From an uncultured Acidobacteriota bacterium (lineage in GTDB: Bacteria > Acidobacteriota > Vicinamibacteria > Vicinamibacterales > UBA2999), in the NCBI GenBank assembly GCA_963724485.1, contig CAVRUW010000009.1, positions 547,666-611,665 on the forward strand: a stretch of 64,000 nt of DNA, written 5' to 3'. This document shows, one piece after another, positions 10,298-19,085 of this stretch. The position numbers and the translations under genes are program-made. Each line of letters opens with the position of its first letter. Position 1 is the first letter of the stretch. The notes beneath the pieces were generated by a model, which did not search any database, was not told the origin of the DNA, and saw nothing but the letters and a program-made list of their open reading frames with translations.

Positions 10298-10788
10298 CCG
10301 TGCGCCTGACCGCAATTGCCGTAGGGATCGTGTTCGCGCTGGCAGGCGCACCAACTGTGAGTGGTGCGCAGGCCCAGCGGCCACGCGCGCAGTTGACAGC
10401 GGTCAAGCCAGGCGGGGAGGTCCGTGCGGGAACGACCTCCACGGTGTCACTCAAGGTTCAGTTGCCGTCAGACGTCCACGTTCAAGCCAACAAACCCAAA
10501 GATCCCTCACTCATTCCTACTGTGTTAACCGTCGATGCCTCGTCTGGCGTCGTCGTCGAAGAGGTGATCTATCCAGCACCGACCGACTTTGCTCAGATCG
10601 GTCGAAAAGAGCCTCTCGCAGTCCTTGGGCCCGAATTCACCATCGACGTTCGTCTGTCGATTCCCGCGGGTGCCACCGGCACTCTCAAGGTGCCAGCACG
10701 GTTGAGGTATCAGGCCTGCAACGACAAGGTTTGTTTCCCACCGACAACCGGAAGCGCTGAGTGGCTGCTCGACGTTCGCGGTCAGTAG
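10294..10788 (+). CDS. DsbD N-terminal (alpha) domain-like periplasmic protein
   Basis: GTGA start/stop overlap with the TlpA-like gene. Signal peptide. C-terminal motif RLRYQACNDKVCFPP resembles the redox-active YQGCxxxxxCYPP motif of DsbD-alpha (recalled from E. coli DsbD). Confidence 0.7.
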   Translation: MTVRLTAIAVGIVFALAGAPTVSGAQAQRPRAQLTAVKPGGEVRAGTTSTVSLKVQLPSDVHVQANKPKDPSLIPTVLTVDASSGVVVEEVIYPAPTDFAQIGRKEPLAVLGPEFTIDVRLSIPAGATGTLKVPARLRYQACNDKVCFPPTTGSAEWLLDVRGQ

Positions 10789-10790
10789 CG

Positions 10791-11846
10791 TCAGCGTGGG
10801 TTGGATCCGGCGAGCTTGTTGACCAACGTGGCTGACCACGCGGGAAGTGGCGCCGGGCTCGAGGGCTGAGTGGCCAGTGCTTCGTTGTAGGACGCGAACA
10901 GCTTTCGAGAATCGCAAAAGGCCTCGACGAGGCGGGGGCGTCCAAGGAGTCGTTCGATGGTGACCGCCATTTGCCACCCGACGGTGTACCAAGGTCCTTG
11001 TTCGCCAAAGAATTCAAACCCCGCCTTGCTCACCGAGTCGCCCGCGAGGTGCTTCTCCAGCACGCTGTTGAAGAACGCCTCGATCTTTGACTGATCGGCA
11101 GCAACACGTGCCACGTTGCGATCCCAGGTCGCGCGTTCCACGGCATCGCTGACCGCGTGAGGATGAACTTCTGGCCCGCCGGCCGCAGCGAGCATCGCGA
11201 AGCCTTCGCCGAACGCTCCAATCCACGTTAGCGCTGTCCTGATTTCTGGTGGGAGTCGCTCGATCTCGCTTGCAGCTCCCTTGGAAGGACAGCTGCCGCC
11301 AAAGCCGATGTGATGCAGTTCGTGAGTCACGGTGTTTCGAAACTTGTCTTCGCCGACTTTTGGATCGAGATACAAGAAGATGGCGGGGTCACCGGCGAGA
11401 TCGAAGACGAAGCTGTTGGTCGCCGGTTTGATGACCGGGTAGACCTTGGCCCTGATGCGCGCGCCTCGAGGAAGGTATCTCAGAGCGTTCTGCCCAAGTG
11501 CGTCCATGTCGGCCTTCGACCATCGTTCAAGTGTCTGGCGCAACTCGATCGCCTTTTTCGATAGCTCAGGGGATGAGAGAAACGATTTGAACTGGCCGTC
11601 GTCAAACGTCCGCTTCATCGATGCTTCACGAGCTTTGAGCCTGACGTAGCCTTCCGACGTCAGCAGGCGTGACCAATCGGCGTCGGTAATGGTCTCGCTA
11701 CTTCGCTGTTTGTCGAGGATCGTGAGCACGGCTTCCGCTTCGTCGTTGATTCGCTGGACGAGGACCGGCTTCGACTCCTGATGTTCGAAGGCGGGGGCGA
11801 CCGTCGCGATCAACGACAACACGACGACGATCGGCAAGCGCAGCAT
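10791..11846 (-). CDS. Secreted putative zinc metallopeptidase (HExxH; DUF2268/DUF5700-like)
   Basis: Signal peptide MLRLPIVVVLSLIATVAPA. Motif TVTHELHHIGFG. No closer family assignment possible by eye. Confidence 0.55.
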   Translation of the reverse strand: MLRLPIVVVLSLIATVAPAFEHQESKPVLVQRINDEAEAVLTILDKQRSSETITDADWSRLLTSEGYVRLKAREASMKRTFDDGQFKSFLSSPELSKKAIELRQTLERWSKADMDALGQNALRYLPRGARIRAKVYPVIKPATNSFVFDLAGDPAIFLYLDPKVGEDKFRNTVTHELHHIGFGGSCPSKGAASEIERLPPEIRTALTWIGAFGEGFAMLAAAGGPEVHPHAVSDAVERATWDRNVARVAADQSKIEAFFNSVLEKHLAGDSVSKAGFEFFGEQGPWYTVGWQMAVTIERLLGRPRLVEAFCDSRKLFASYNEALATQPSSPAPLPAWSATLVNKLAGSNPR

Positions 11847-11923
11847 GACTTGCAGTTTAGACGGGCCACTGTTGCCACGGGTAGCACGGCTCCTTGCCTG
11901 ATGCGCCGGGATAGACTGCGCGC

Positions 11924-13774
11924 ATGTGGCCAGCGACCACAGACGGCGCGCTGATCGGGATGGGCTGCATGCGGCTCTCTACACGCCCGGACCGTGAGGA
12001 CGAAGCGTCACTGCAAGCGGTTCATGCCGGCCTTGACGCGGGCGTGTGCCTGCTCGACACGGCGGATGCCTACTGCTGGGATGCGACCGAGACTGGCCAC
12101 AATGAACGACTGATTGCGCGAGCCCTGTCGTCGTGGAATGGCGATCGCGGAAAGGTTGTCGTTTCCACGAAAGGCGGGCTGACGCGGCCGGATGGACGCT
12201 GGGTCCCTGACGGGCGTGCACGGGCGCTGAAGGCGGCGTGCGAACGGAGTCTGACGGCCCTCGACGTTTCGCGCATCGATCTCTATCAACTACACGTCGT
12301 CGATCCGAATGTTGGCCTCGCGACGAGCGTGCGCGCGCTGGCGGCGCTCGAGCGCGATGGCCTGATCGCCGCGGTTGGCCTGTGCAACGTGACCGTCGGC
12401 CAGATTGAAGAGGCTCGGCGACTCGTCGAGATTGCCTCGGTGCAGGTCGAGCTGAGCTTGTGGTCCGACACCAACATCCTGAATGGCGTCGCCGATTACT
12501 GCCTGACCAACGGCATTCGCCTGTTGGCGTATCGACCGCTAGGGGGAGCGGACCGTCGTCGGCGAGTCGAACGAGACCCACTGCTCATCTCGCTTGCCGA
12601 GCAGCACGGTGCCACACCAGCCGAAATCGCGCTGGCGTGGTTGAGCGACTTTTCGCCACACGTGACACCGATCCCAGGACCGACGAAAACCGAAACCGCG
12701 CGCTCAACGGGGCGAGCGCGGGCGATCACGCTGAGCGATACCGATCGCCAGCGACTCGACGAGCGATTCCCCGCCGGCGCCATCTTGCGTCGTGGAGCCG
12801 CGAGACCGGTTGCACGAAGGCAGCTCGACACATCACGAGAGGTTGTGTTGATCATGGGCTTGCCGGGCGCGGGCAAGAGCACGCTGGCCGCGAGTTCGTT
12901 GCTGAGGGATATCGAGCGCCTCAATCGTGACATGAGCGGCGGATCGCTGAAGGAGCTTCTTCCAGAACTCGATCGACTCCTGGCATCAGGCGCGTCACGA
13001 GTCGTTCTCGACAATACGTACGTGACCCGCGCATCACGGGCGGCGGCGCTCGAGACGGCGCGGAAACACGAGGTTCCGGTTCGCTGCGTTTCGCTCGACA
13101 CGCAAGTAGACGATGCCCAGGTGAATGCGGTGATGCGGATGCTGGCTCGCTACGGGCGGCTACTTCCGCCCGAAGAGATGCGAAGCGCCAGTAAGAATGA
13201 CGTCACGGCTTTTGGCCCCGGCGTTCAGTTCCGTTATCAGCGCGACTTGGAACCGCCAGACGTCGTCGAAGGCTTCGCCGCGATCGAACGTCGTCCGTTC
13301 GAACGTCAGCGAGATCCATCGCATGTCAATCGAGCGCTGATCGTGTGGTGCGACGGTGTTTTGTGGGGCAGTCGATCCGGCCGCCGATCGCCTGCTACAC
13401 CGGCTGATGTCGAGATCGTTGCCGGACGCCGTGAAGTTCTCGCGAGATATCAGGAAGATGGATGGCGGCTGCTGGGATTGTCGTGGCAACCAGAGGTTGC
13501 CGAAGGCAACATGACGGGCGCTGATGTCCAGGCCAACCTCGCGCACTTGAGAACGTCGCTGGGCGTTGCCCTCGAAGTGGAGTATTGCCCTCATGCCGCG
13601 GGTCCGCCTGTGTGCTGGTGCCGGAAGCCGCTCCCGGGTTTAGGTGCGCTGTTCATTCACCGCCATCAACTCGATCCCGCCAGCTGCATCTATGTAGGAA
13701 ATGGCTCGCAGGATCCCGGCTTCGCGCGCAAGCTCGGGTTCCAGTATCGTCAGGCGAACGAATTCTTCCGATAG
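11924..13774 (+). CDS. Three-domain fusion: aldo/keto reductase + PNKP-type polynucleotide 5'-kinase + HAD (PNKP 3'-phosphatase-like) domain with degenerate catalytic motifs
   Basis: AKR part: LLDTADAYC, VVVSTKGG, IDLYQLHVVD. Kinase part: P-loop GLPGAGKST, LNRD, VVLDNTYVTRASRAAALETARKHEVPVRCV, EGFAAIERRPF. HAD part: CWCRKPLPG, but motif I reads IVWCDGVLW (expected hhhDxDGT) and motif IV reads YVGNGSQD (expected GDxxxD). Confidence 0.75.
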   Translation: MWPATTDGALIGMGCMRLSTRPDREDEASLQAVHAGLDAGVCLLDTADAYCWDATETGHNERLIARALSSWNGDRGKVVVSTKGGLTRPDGRWVPDGRARALKAACERSLTALDVSRIDLYQLHVVDPNVGLATSVRALAALERDGLIAAVGLCNVTVGQIEEARRLVEIASVQVELSLWSDTNILNGVADYCLTNGIRLLAYRPLGGADRRRRVERDPLLISLAEQHGATPAEIALAWLSDFSPHVTPIPGPTKTETARSTGRARAITLSDTDRQRLDERFPAGAILRRGAARPVARRQLDTSREVVLIMGLPGAGKSTLAASSLLRDIERLNRDMSGGSLKELLPELDRLLASGASRVVLDNTYVTRASRAAALETARKHEVPVRCVSLDTQVDDAQVNAVMRMLARYGRLLPPEEMRSASKNDVTAFGPGVQFRYQRDLEPPDVVEGFAAIERRPFERQRDPSHVNRALIVWCDGVLWGSRSGRRSPATPADVEIVAGRREVLARYQEDGWRLLGLSWQPEVAEGNMTGADVQANLAHLRTSLGVALEVEYCPHAAGPPVCWCRKPLPGLGALFIHRHQLDPASCIYVGNGSQDPGFARKLGFQYRQANEFFR

Positions 13775-13806
13775 ACCGCGGGACTCTGGAACACTGGAAC
13801 CCAAGT

Positions 13807-14418
13807 ATGAGAGTCGCGATCGTTGGTGGACCGGGGATCGGCAAGAGCACGCTGGTGCGCCAGCTCGGTGACCTGTATCACAACGGCTCGTACGGAGAAG
13901 GCGAGAAAGGCGTCTGGCATCCTCAGGTGCTGGAAGACATCGCCGCCGGACGTAATGCCGTCGGCGTTACCGCATACTTCGCCGCGCTTTACGACGCCAA
14001 CTATCGCGACGCCGCCGCGCACGATCGCGACGGCAAGGTGATCTTCTTCGAGGGTGCCCGCATCACGCTCGAAGCCCACTTCGCGGAATATCCGGCGGAA
14101 GATCATGCGGCACTCCGCGACGTGCTTTCGGTCGGCGACTCCTGGAACCCTGACCGTGTGATCGTGCTCACGTCGAGCACCGACACCATCGAGAAGCACA
14201 TCCGGATGCGGAATCGGCCATTCGAGAGCGTCGACAACATGATTCGGCGCTTTCAACTCATCGACGGCGAATTCAGGCGCCTGGCACCGCTCTATCCCGA
14301 CACGATTGTGATCGACCGTGACGGTTTGGAGTTTCACGAGCGCGAGGGGTTGGAGGCGATCATCGCCGCCGGAAGGCTGCCAAGGTTCCCGGAAATCCCT
14401 TACGCCACGCTGTCCTGA
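13807..14418 (+). CDS. P-loop NTPase, deoxynucleoside-kinase-like
   Basis: ATG at 13807, an internal start of ORF 13585-14418. Walker A IVGGPGIGKST. Lid-like motif IRMRNRPFES (compare dNK RxxxRxRxxE). Confidence 0.6.
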   Translation: MRVAIVGGPGIGKSTLVRQLGDLYHNGSYGEGEKGVWHPQVLEDIAAGRNAVGVTAYFAALYDANYRDAAAHDRDGKVIFFEGARITLEAHFAEYPAEDHAALRDVLSVGDSWNPDRVIVLTSSTDTIEKHIRMRNRPFESVDNMIRRFQLIDGEFRRLAPLYPDTIVIDRDGLEFHEREGLEAIIAAGRLPRFPEIPYATLS

Positions 14419-14584
14419 CCAGCCTGCACGGCGTTTCGCCACAGTCGTCAGAAGCTCTCTGCACGACGCTGCGCCCCTCTTCTCGCCGTGACAGCGGTGA
14501 TGGCTTGGCGCAGTGATGGCCCTGCGCTTGCTTCGTGCACTTTCTGCCCGGTCGTGCTGACACTGTCAAAGATCGCGAGGCCAT

Positions 14585-15031
14585 ATGAGGGTTGCTGCGC
14601 GTTTTGTCCTGTTCGTTATCGTCTCCGGCGCGACGTCCGCCTACGCCCAGACCCCCGAAGCGGCGGGATTGGTCAAGGTGACGTCCGGATCAGCGGTGAT
14701 CGTGCGCGACGGCGTGGAGCGGCCGGCACAGATTGGCCTCCCTCTATATGCCAGCGATCACATCAAGACTGGTGCCGACGGTCGGCTCGGCCTGACGCTG
14801 AGAGACGACACACGCGTGTCGTTGGGACCCAATAGCGAGCTCCGATTGGATCACTTCGAGTTTGCGCCGGCCGCGGGCCGTTTCGGCCTCGTCCTCAAAT
14901 TCGTCCACGGTGTCGCCGCCTATGTCTCCGGCCGCATCGCCAAGCTGTCGCCCGACGCCGTCCGCCTGGAAACGCCCGCCGCCATCGTCGGCGTACGAGG
15001 AACGACGCTGGGAATTCGCGTGACCGATTGA
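14585..15031 (+). CDS. FecR-domain periplasmic protein
   Basis: Signal peptide ...IVSGATSAYAQ. FecR-type stretch GSAVIVRDG....IGLPLYASDHIKTGADGRLGLTLRDDTRVSLGPNSEL. Confidence 0.8.
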   Translation: MRVAARFVLFVIVSGATSAYAQTPEAAGLVKVTSGSAVIVRDGVERPAQIGLPLYASDHIKTGADGRLGLTLRDDTRVSLGPNSELRLDHFEFAPAAGRFGLVLKFVHGVAAYVSGRIAKLSPDAVRLETPAAIVGVRGTTLGIRVTD

Positions 15032-15678
15032 TGCGCACCCTCGGCAGCCGCGGCACGCTCCTTCTGATTTGCCTTGCGGCACTCGCCGCTTGTAGCTCGC
15101 GAGCGGGTCGGCGCATCGAGTCCACCGGGAAACCAGGTGGTGGTGAAACCCTCGCGGTCCTGTTGATCGACGAAGACAAGTCGGTGGGTCGTGCCGTCGT
15201 GTCGAACCCACACGGTAAAACGGAACTGCCGGTCGCGTATGCCTCCACTCGCGCGACGCTCACCACGGCGCCAACGGCGGTCGTGATGATGAGCGAAGCA
15301 GAGGTCCAGAGGATCTTCGGGGACGCACTGTCGGCCCTGCCGCCACTGACCCAACAGTTCACGGTGTTCTTCCGATTCGAATCCGAAGAGTTGACGCCGG
15401 AGAGCCGCGCGCAGCTTCCGACCATCCTGGAAGCAGTCAAGAATCATGCGGCGCGCGAAGTCGTCGTGATCGGTCATACCGACACCACTGGCGCACCCAC
15501 CCGCAATTACGATCTCGGCCTGAGCCGGGCAAGGACCGTTCGCGACAGCCTCGTGTCGATTGGGCTCGAGTCGGCAGTCATCCAGGTCATCTCGCACGGC
15601 GAGGCGGACCAACTGGTGAAGACGCCTGATGAAATCTTCGAGCCCAGGAATCGACGAGTCGAGATCATGGTCAGATGA
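15028..15678 (+). CDS. OmpA-family (peptidoglycan-binding) lipoprotein
   Basis: Lipobox-like LAALAAC. C-terminal OmpA_C motif VVVIGHTDTTGAPTRNYDLGLSRARTVRD...NRRVEIMV. TGATG overlap with the FecR gene. Confidence 0.85.
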   Translation: MMRTLGSRGTLLLICLAALAACSSRAGRRIESTGKPGGGETLAVLLIDEDKSVGRAVVSNPHGKTELPVAYASTRATLTTAPTAVVMMSEAEVQRIFGDALSALPPLTQQFTVFFRFESEELTPESRAQLPTILEAVKNHAAREVVVIGHTDTTGAPTRNYDLGLSRARTVRDSLVSIGLESAVIQVISHGEADQLVKTPDEIFEPRNRRVEIMVR

Positions 15679-17630
15679 AGACGCGTCACGGACGAGTCTT
15701 CCTCCTCGGCGCGATGGTGCCCTCGTTGTTCGCGGCACTTCTCTGCATCTGGCAACCGTCGCGTTTTACCCGCCTGGAACAAAGCGTCTACGACGTCATC
15801 GTTCGAGCGTCTGGGACGAGCCCGCACAGTGGTCAAATCCTGATCGTCGACGTCGATGATCGCAGCCTGACCGCTGTTGGACAGTGGCCCTGGTCGCGAC
15901 ACACCATCGCCGGGCTGCTCACGAAGCTGCGCAAACTCGACGCGTCGGTGGTCGCGCTGGACATCATGTTTCCGGAGCCCGATCGCCACGACGGCGGTCC
16001 CGTGGCGCCGGACGCGGCGTTTGCCAAGGCGCTCCTCGAGGGCGGCGTCATCCTGGGCTATGGGTTCACGTTCGACCCGCGTAAGGAAAGGGAGGGTGCA
16101 TCGCCACCCTGCTTGAAACATCCGGCCAGCGTGGCCGTGTTGCAACGTGCGGGTGAGCATTCGGCCGGACCGTTTTTTCAAGCGACCGAAGCCGTCTGCA
16201 ACTTGCCCATTCTGGCCGAGGCGGCGGAGGGGGCCGGCTTCCTGAACGCCGCGCCGGATACCGATGGCATTCTCAGGCGAGTCCCGCTGCTCATGGAGTA
16301 TCGCGGCAGTGTCTACCCCAGCCTGGCGCTCGCGGCGATCTCAAAGGCCGATCGTTCGACGCGCGCGATGGTTCGGGTCGCCAACGTCAATACCACGACG
16401 CTCATCTTGTCCGATCCCGACGGACCGTCGACGGCTGCTCGCCAGATTCCCTTGGATGGCCGGAGCAATCTCCTCGTCAGGTACCGGGGCGGCAAGCGCT
16501 CCTTTCCTTATGTGTCGGCTGTCGACGTGCTCAACGGCACTGTTGCCGCGGAAGCCGTGAGGAACAAGGTCGTGTTCGTCGGCGCGACCGCGCTTGGCAC
16601 GCGAGAAGTCGTGGCGACGCCGCTCGACACGCTGTTCACCGGAGTGGAGGTTCAGGCGACCGTTGCGGACAACCTCCTGCAGCAGGACTTCGTGCGGCGA
16701 CCAGAACACGCGGTGCTGATGCAAACGCTGTTCGTGCTGGCGCTCGGTGCCGTCATTGGGGGCATTGGGTCGGTCACCGGCGCCATCGGCGCCGCGATCG
16801 GCCTCCTTGCACTGCTCATCTCGTGCTGGATCGCATCGATTGCGCTGCTCTCAACTCAGGGGATTTACCTATCCCCTCTGTTCGCAACGATCGCCCTGGT
16901 CGGTGTCCTGGCTGGGTTGGCGGTGGCTGGCCTGAGTGTCGAACACGAAGACACGCAGCAGGCCCGCCGTGAGCGTTCGGACTCGCGCCGCCTGATGGTC
17001 GAGACGCTCCTGTCGCTGGTCGAGATCCGTGACTCGGAAACAGGCCGGCATTCCCGTCGCACCCAGGAGTACACGCGGATCCTGGCTGACGAACTGAGCG
17101 GACGGCCCGGATTTCGCGAGTACCTGACTCCGGAGCGCATCACACTCCTTTCGACGCTGGCGCCGCTCCACGACATCGGCAAAGTGGGCATCTCGGATCA
17201 CATCCTGCACAAGCCAGGGGCGCTGACGCCCGACGAGTTCGCCGAGATGCGGCGACACCCGATCTACGGCCGCGACGTGATCATCAACGCCGAGCGGGCC
17301 GCGGGCGTTCGCGACGACGCCACGCTGGTGGTCGCCAAAGACATCGTGTATTCGCATCACGAGAGATGGGATGGCTCCGGCTATCCAGACGGTCTGAGCG
17401 GCGACGCGATTCCCATCGCCGGCCGCATCATCGGCATCGTCGATCTGTACGATGCCTTGCTCTCGTCGCGCCCCTACCATCAGGCGCGAACTCACGCCGC
17501 GGCGATTGCTTTCATCGCCGCACGTCGCGGGACGCATTTCGATCCCGAAGTCGTCGACGCCTGCCTTCGCGTCGCCAATCGTCTCGAAGCCGTACCACGC
17601 GGCGAGCGCCAACAACTGGCAGCCAGTTGA
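15675..17630 (+). CDS. CHASE2 sensor / transmembrane / HD-GYP domain protein (putative c-di-GMP phosphodiesterase)
   Basis: ATGA overlap with the OmpA gene. N-terminal CHASE2-like periplasmic region (IVDVDDRSL..GQWPWSR). Cluster of TM helices. C-terminus HDIGKVGI...HHERWDGSGYPDGL. Confidence 0.85.
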   Translation: MKTRHGRVFLLGAMVPSLFAALLCIWQPSRFTRLEQSVYDVIVRASGTSPHSGQILIVDVDDRSLTAVGQWPWSRHTIAGLLTKLRKLDASVVALDIMFPEPDRHDGGPVAPDAAFAKALLEGGVILGYGFTFDPRKEREGASPPCLKHPASVAVLQRAGEHSAGPFFQATEAVCNLPILAEAAEGAGFLNAAPDTDGILRRVPLLMEYRGSVYPSLALAAISKADRSTRAMVRVANVNTTTLILSDPDGPSTAARQIPLDGRSNLLVRYRGGKRSFPYVSAVDVLNGTVAAEAVRNKVVFVGATALGTREVVATPLDTLFTGVEVQATVADNLLQQDFVRRPEHAVLMQTLFVLALGAVIGGIGSVTGAIGAAIGLLALLISCWIASIALLSTQGIYLSPLFATIALVGVLAGLAVAGLSVEHEDTQQARRERSDSRRLMVETLLSLVEIRDSETGRHSRRTQEYTRILADELSGRPGFREYLTPERITLLSTLAPLHDIGKVGISDHILHKPGALTPDEFAEMRRHPIYGRDVIINAERAAGVRDDATLVVAKDIVYSHHERWDGSGYPDGLSGDAIPIAGRIIGIVDLYDALLSSRPYHQARTHAAAIAFIAARRGTHFDPEVVDACLRVANRLEAVPRGERQQLAAS

Positions 17631-17681
17631 CCCGCTGAATGTGTGCAAGTTCGCGAACGGATGAGCTGGAAAAGATAGGGC

Positions 17682-17703
17682 CTCGGTCGTCTACCAGACC
17701 GAG
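17682..17703 (+). terminator. Weak hairpin downstream of the CHASE2/HD-GYP gene
   Basis: CTCGGTC-gtctacca-GACCGAG, a 7-bp stem. No clear T-tract. Confidence 0.3.
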
Positions 17704-17922
17704 TTGGTGGTGGTCGTGGCACTACCCCTATCGTCCTGAAAAGTTGCACCGATATGGTGTGCAGTTTCGTGGAGTTTAGGTACGGAGGTGCGCTTCAGGG
17801 GCGTGTTTTCTCCTGTATAGTTTCGCGGGCCTCCCCCCAGCGGCAATTGTCGGAACAGGGTTTGTCGAACGTGCAGGGGACAAGTGCGTTCAGGCGCGTC
17901 CGGCACACACGGAGGGTGACAC

Positions 17923-19051
17923 ATGAAAGTAAGTAAGCAGTCGAAAGTGATGTTGCTTGCGGCAGGCTTGGCGCTGCTTGCACCGAGCGCGATGAACGCG
18001 CAGCAGCCGACGGTCAGAGCCGCTGCACGAGCCGCCTGACGTTGCGAAGTCGCAGCAGATTGTCGCGGACCTGCAAGGCGATCGAGTCCGACCGCGCCAG
18101 CGCGGAGAGCGCGCTCATTTCGCGATGGGAATCGGTGCTGGACCCGAACGTCTATGATCGTCCGCGGCGAGATTGGTTCGCATCGCAGCTCGGGCCCCGG
18201 CCTGGCAGCTCTATGGAGCCTCGAAGGCTCAGCGATTTCGCGACGATGGTCGACGTCTTGAGGGGCCGGAATACGCGCTCGGCCTATATCGATGGGCTCA
18301 AGGAGCTGATTCCCGGCCAGATGTGTTCGGGTCGTACGGATGATCAACTCGTTTACACGCCCGATTGCCCCATGCCGCGTGCGTTGACACGCGCGGAGTC
18401 GGCGCTCGGACGGGCGTCCTCGGCTGCCGGCGTCGGCCGCACGTTCGACCTGACAACCGACGGTTTTTTGAGGGCCAGGGTGGCGCGGCCGCCTGCCCCG
18501 GACTTCCGGGCTATCAGCCACGTTGGTTGGGCGGTCAACATCACCGTGACCGGCAACGCGCGGCAACGGCTGGCTCACGATTTGGCCTTTCAGCGGCACC
18601 GAGCCGGTGGCGAGCCAGGTCAACTACGCTGCGGGGATCTGGTCCGTCGCAAACGGCCTCAACCTGACTGGCTGCGACGGCTGCGTCGACGACATCACGA
18701 TCCGCGCCAACTGCGGCGGCACGCACGTGATCATCGACGTCGTTCGGCTACTACCAGAACGCGGTCGTCGGTCAGCGTCGGCCGTCACGCGGCTCGCTGG
18801 CACGGCGACCAGCGTTCGTCGAACAACGCCAGAGCGTTCGTGTCTGGCGCAGCGTGCCCGGCCGGGACTACGCTGATCGGCTGGTGATGTCGACATGGCT
18901 GGATTTGACGTTGCCATCGGCGAATGACACCGGCTGCTCGGAAACTGTCTACACGAGCCTGGATGATCAACCGAACGGTGCGATTGCAACGGCCGTCACT
19001 GTCATATCGCGGTGTCTCGACACGCCGATATACGTGTCCGTAACCACCTAG
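17923..19051 (+). pseudogene. Secreted protein gene broken by at least 4 frame changes
   Basis: GGAGGG SD plus ATG at 17923 and signal peptide MKVSKQSKVMLLAAGLALLAPSAMNA. High-GC3 coding signal then moves through frames near 18025, 18075, 18558 and 18746. Recognisable C-terminal block NITVTGNA|GNGWLTIWPFSGTEPVASQVNYAAGIWSVANG...GGTHVIIDV|FGYYQ. Last segment ...TVYTSLDDQPNGAIATAVTVISRCLDTPIYVSVTT then stop. Confidence 0.6.
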
Positions 19052-19056
19052 CCATC

Positions 19057-19081
19057 GCCCACGGGCTTCGTGCCCGTGGGC
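19057..19081. terminator. GC-rich perfect hairpin between convergent genes
   Basis: GCCCACGGGC-ttcgt-GCCCGTGGGC, a 10-bp perfect stem with a 5-nt loop. Lies between the stop at 19051 (+) and the stop at 19086 (-). No U-tract on either strand. Confidence 0.45.
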
Positions 19082-19085
19082 TGCT

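Noticed and set aside
17691-18623. 310-aa minus-strand ORF in the 17.6-19.0 kb region
   Set aside because: It has low-complexity Arg/Pro-rich translation. The plus strand carries an SD, a signal peptide and the GC3 signal of the frameshifted secreted-protein gene.
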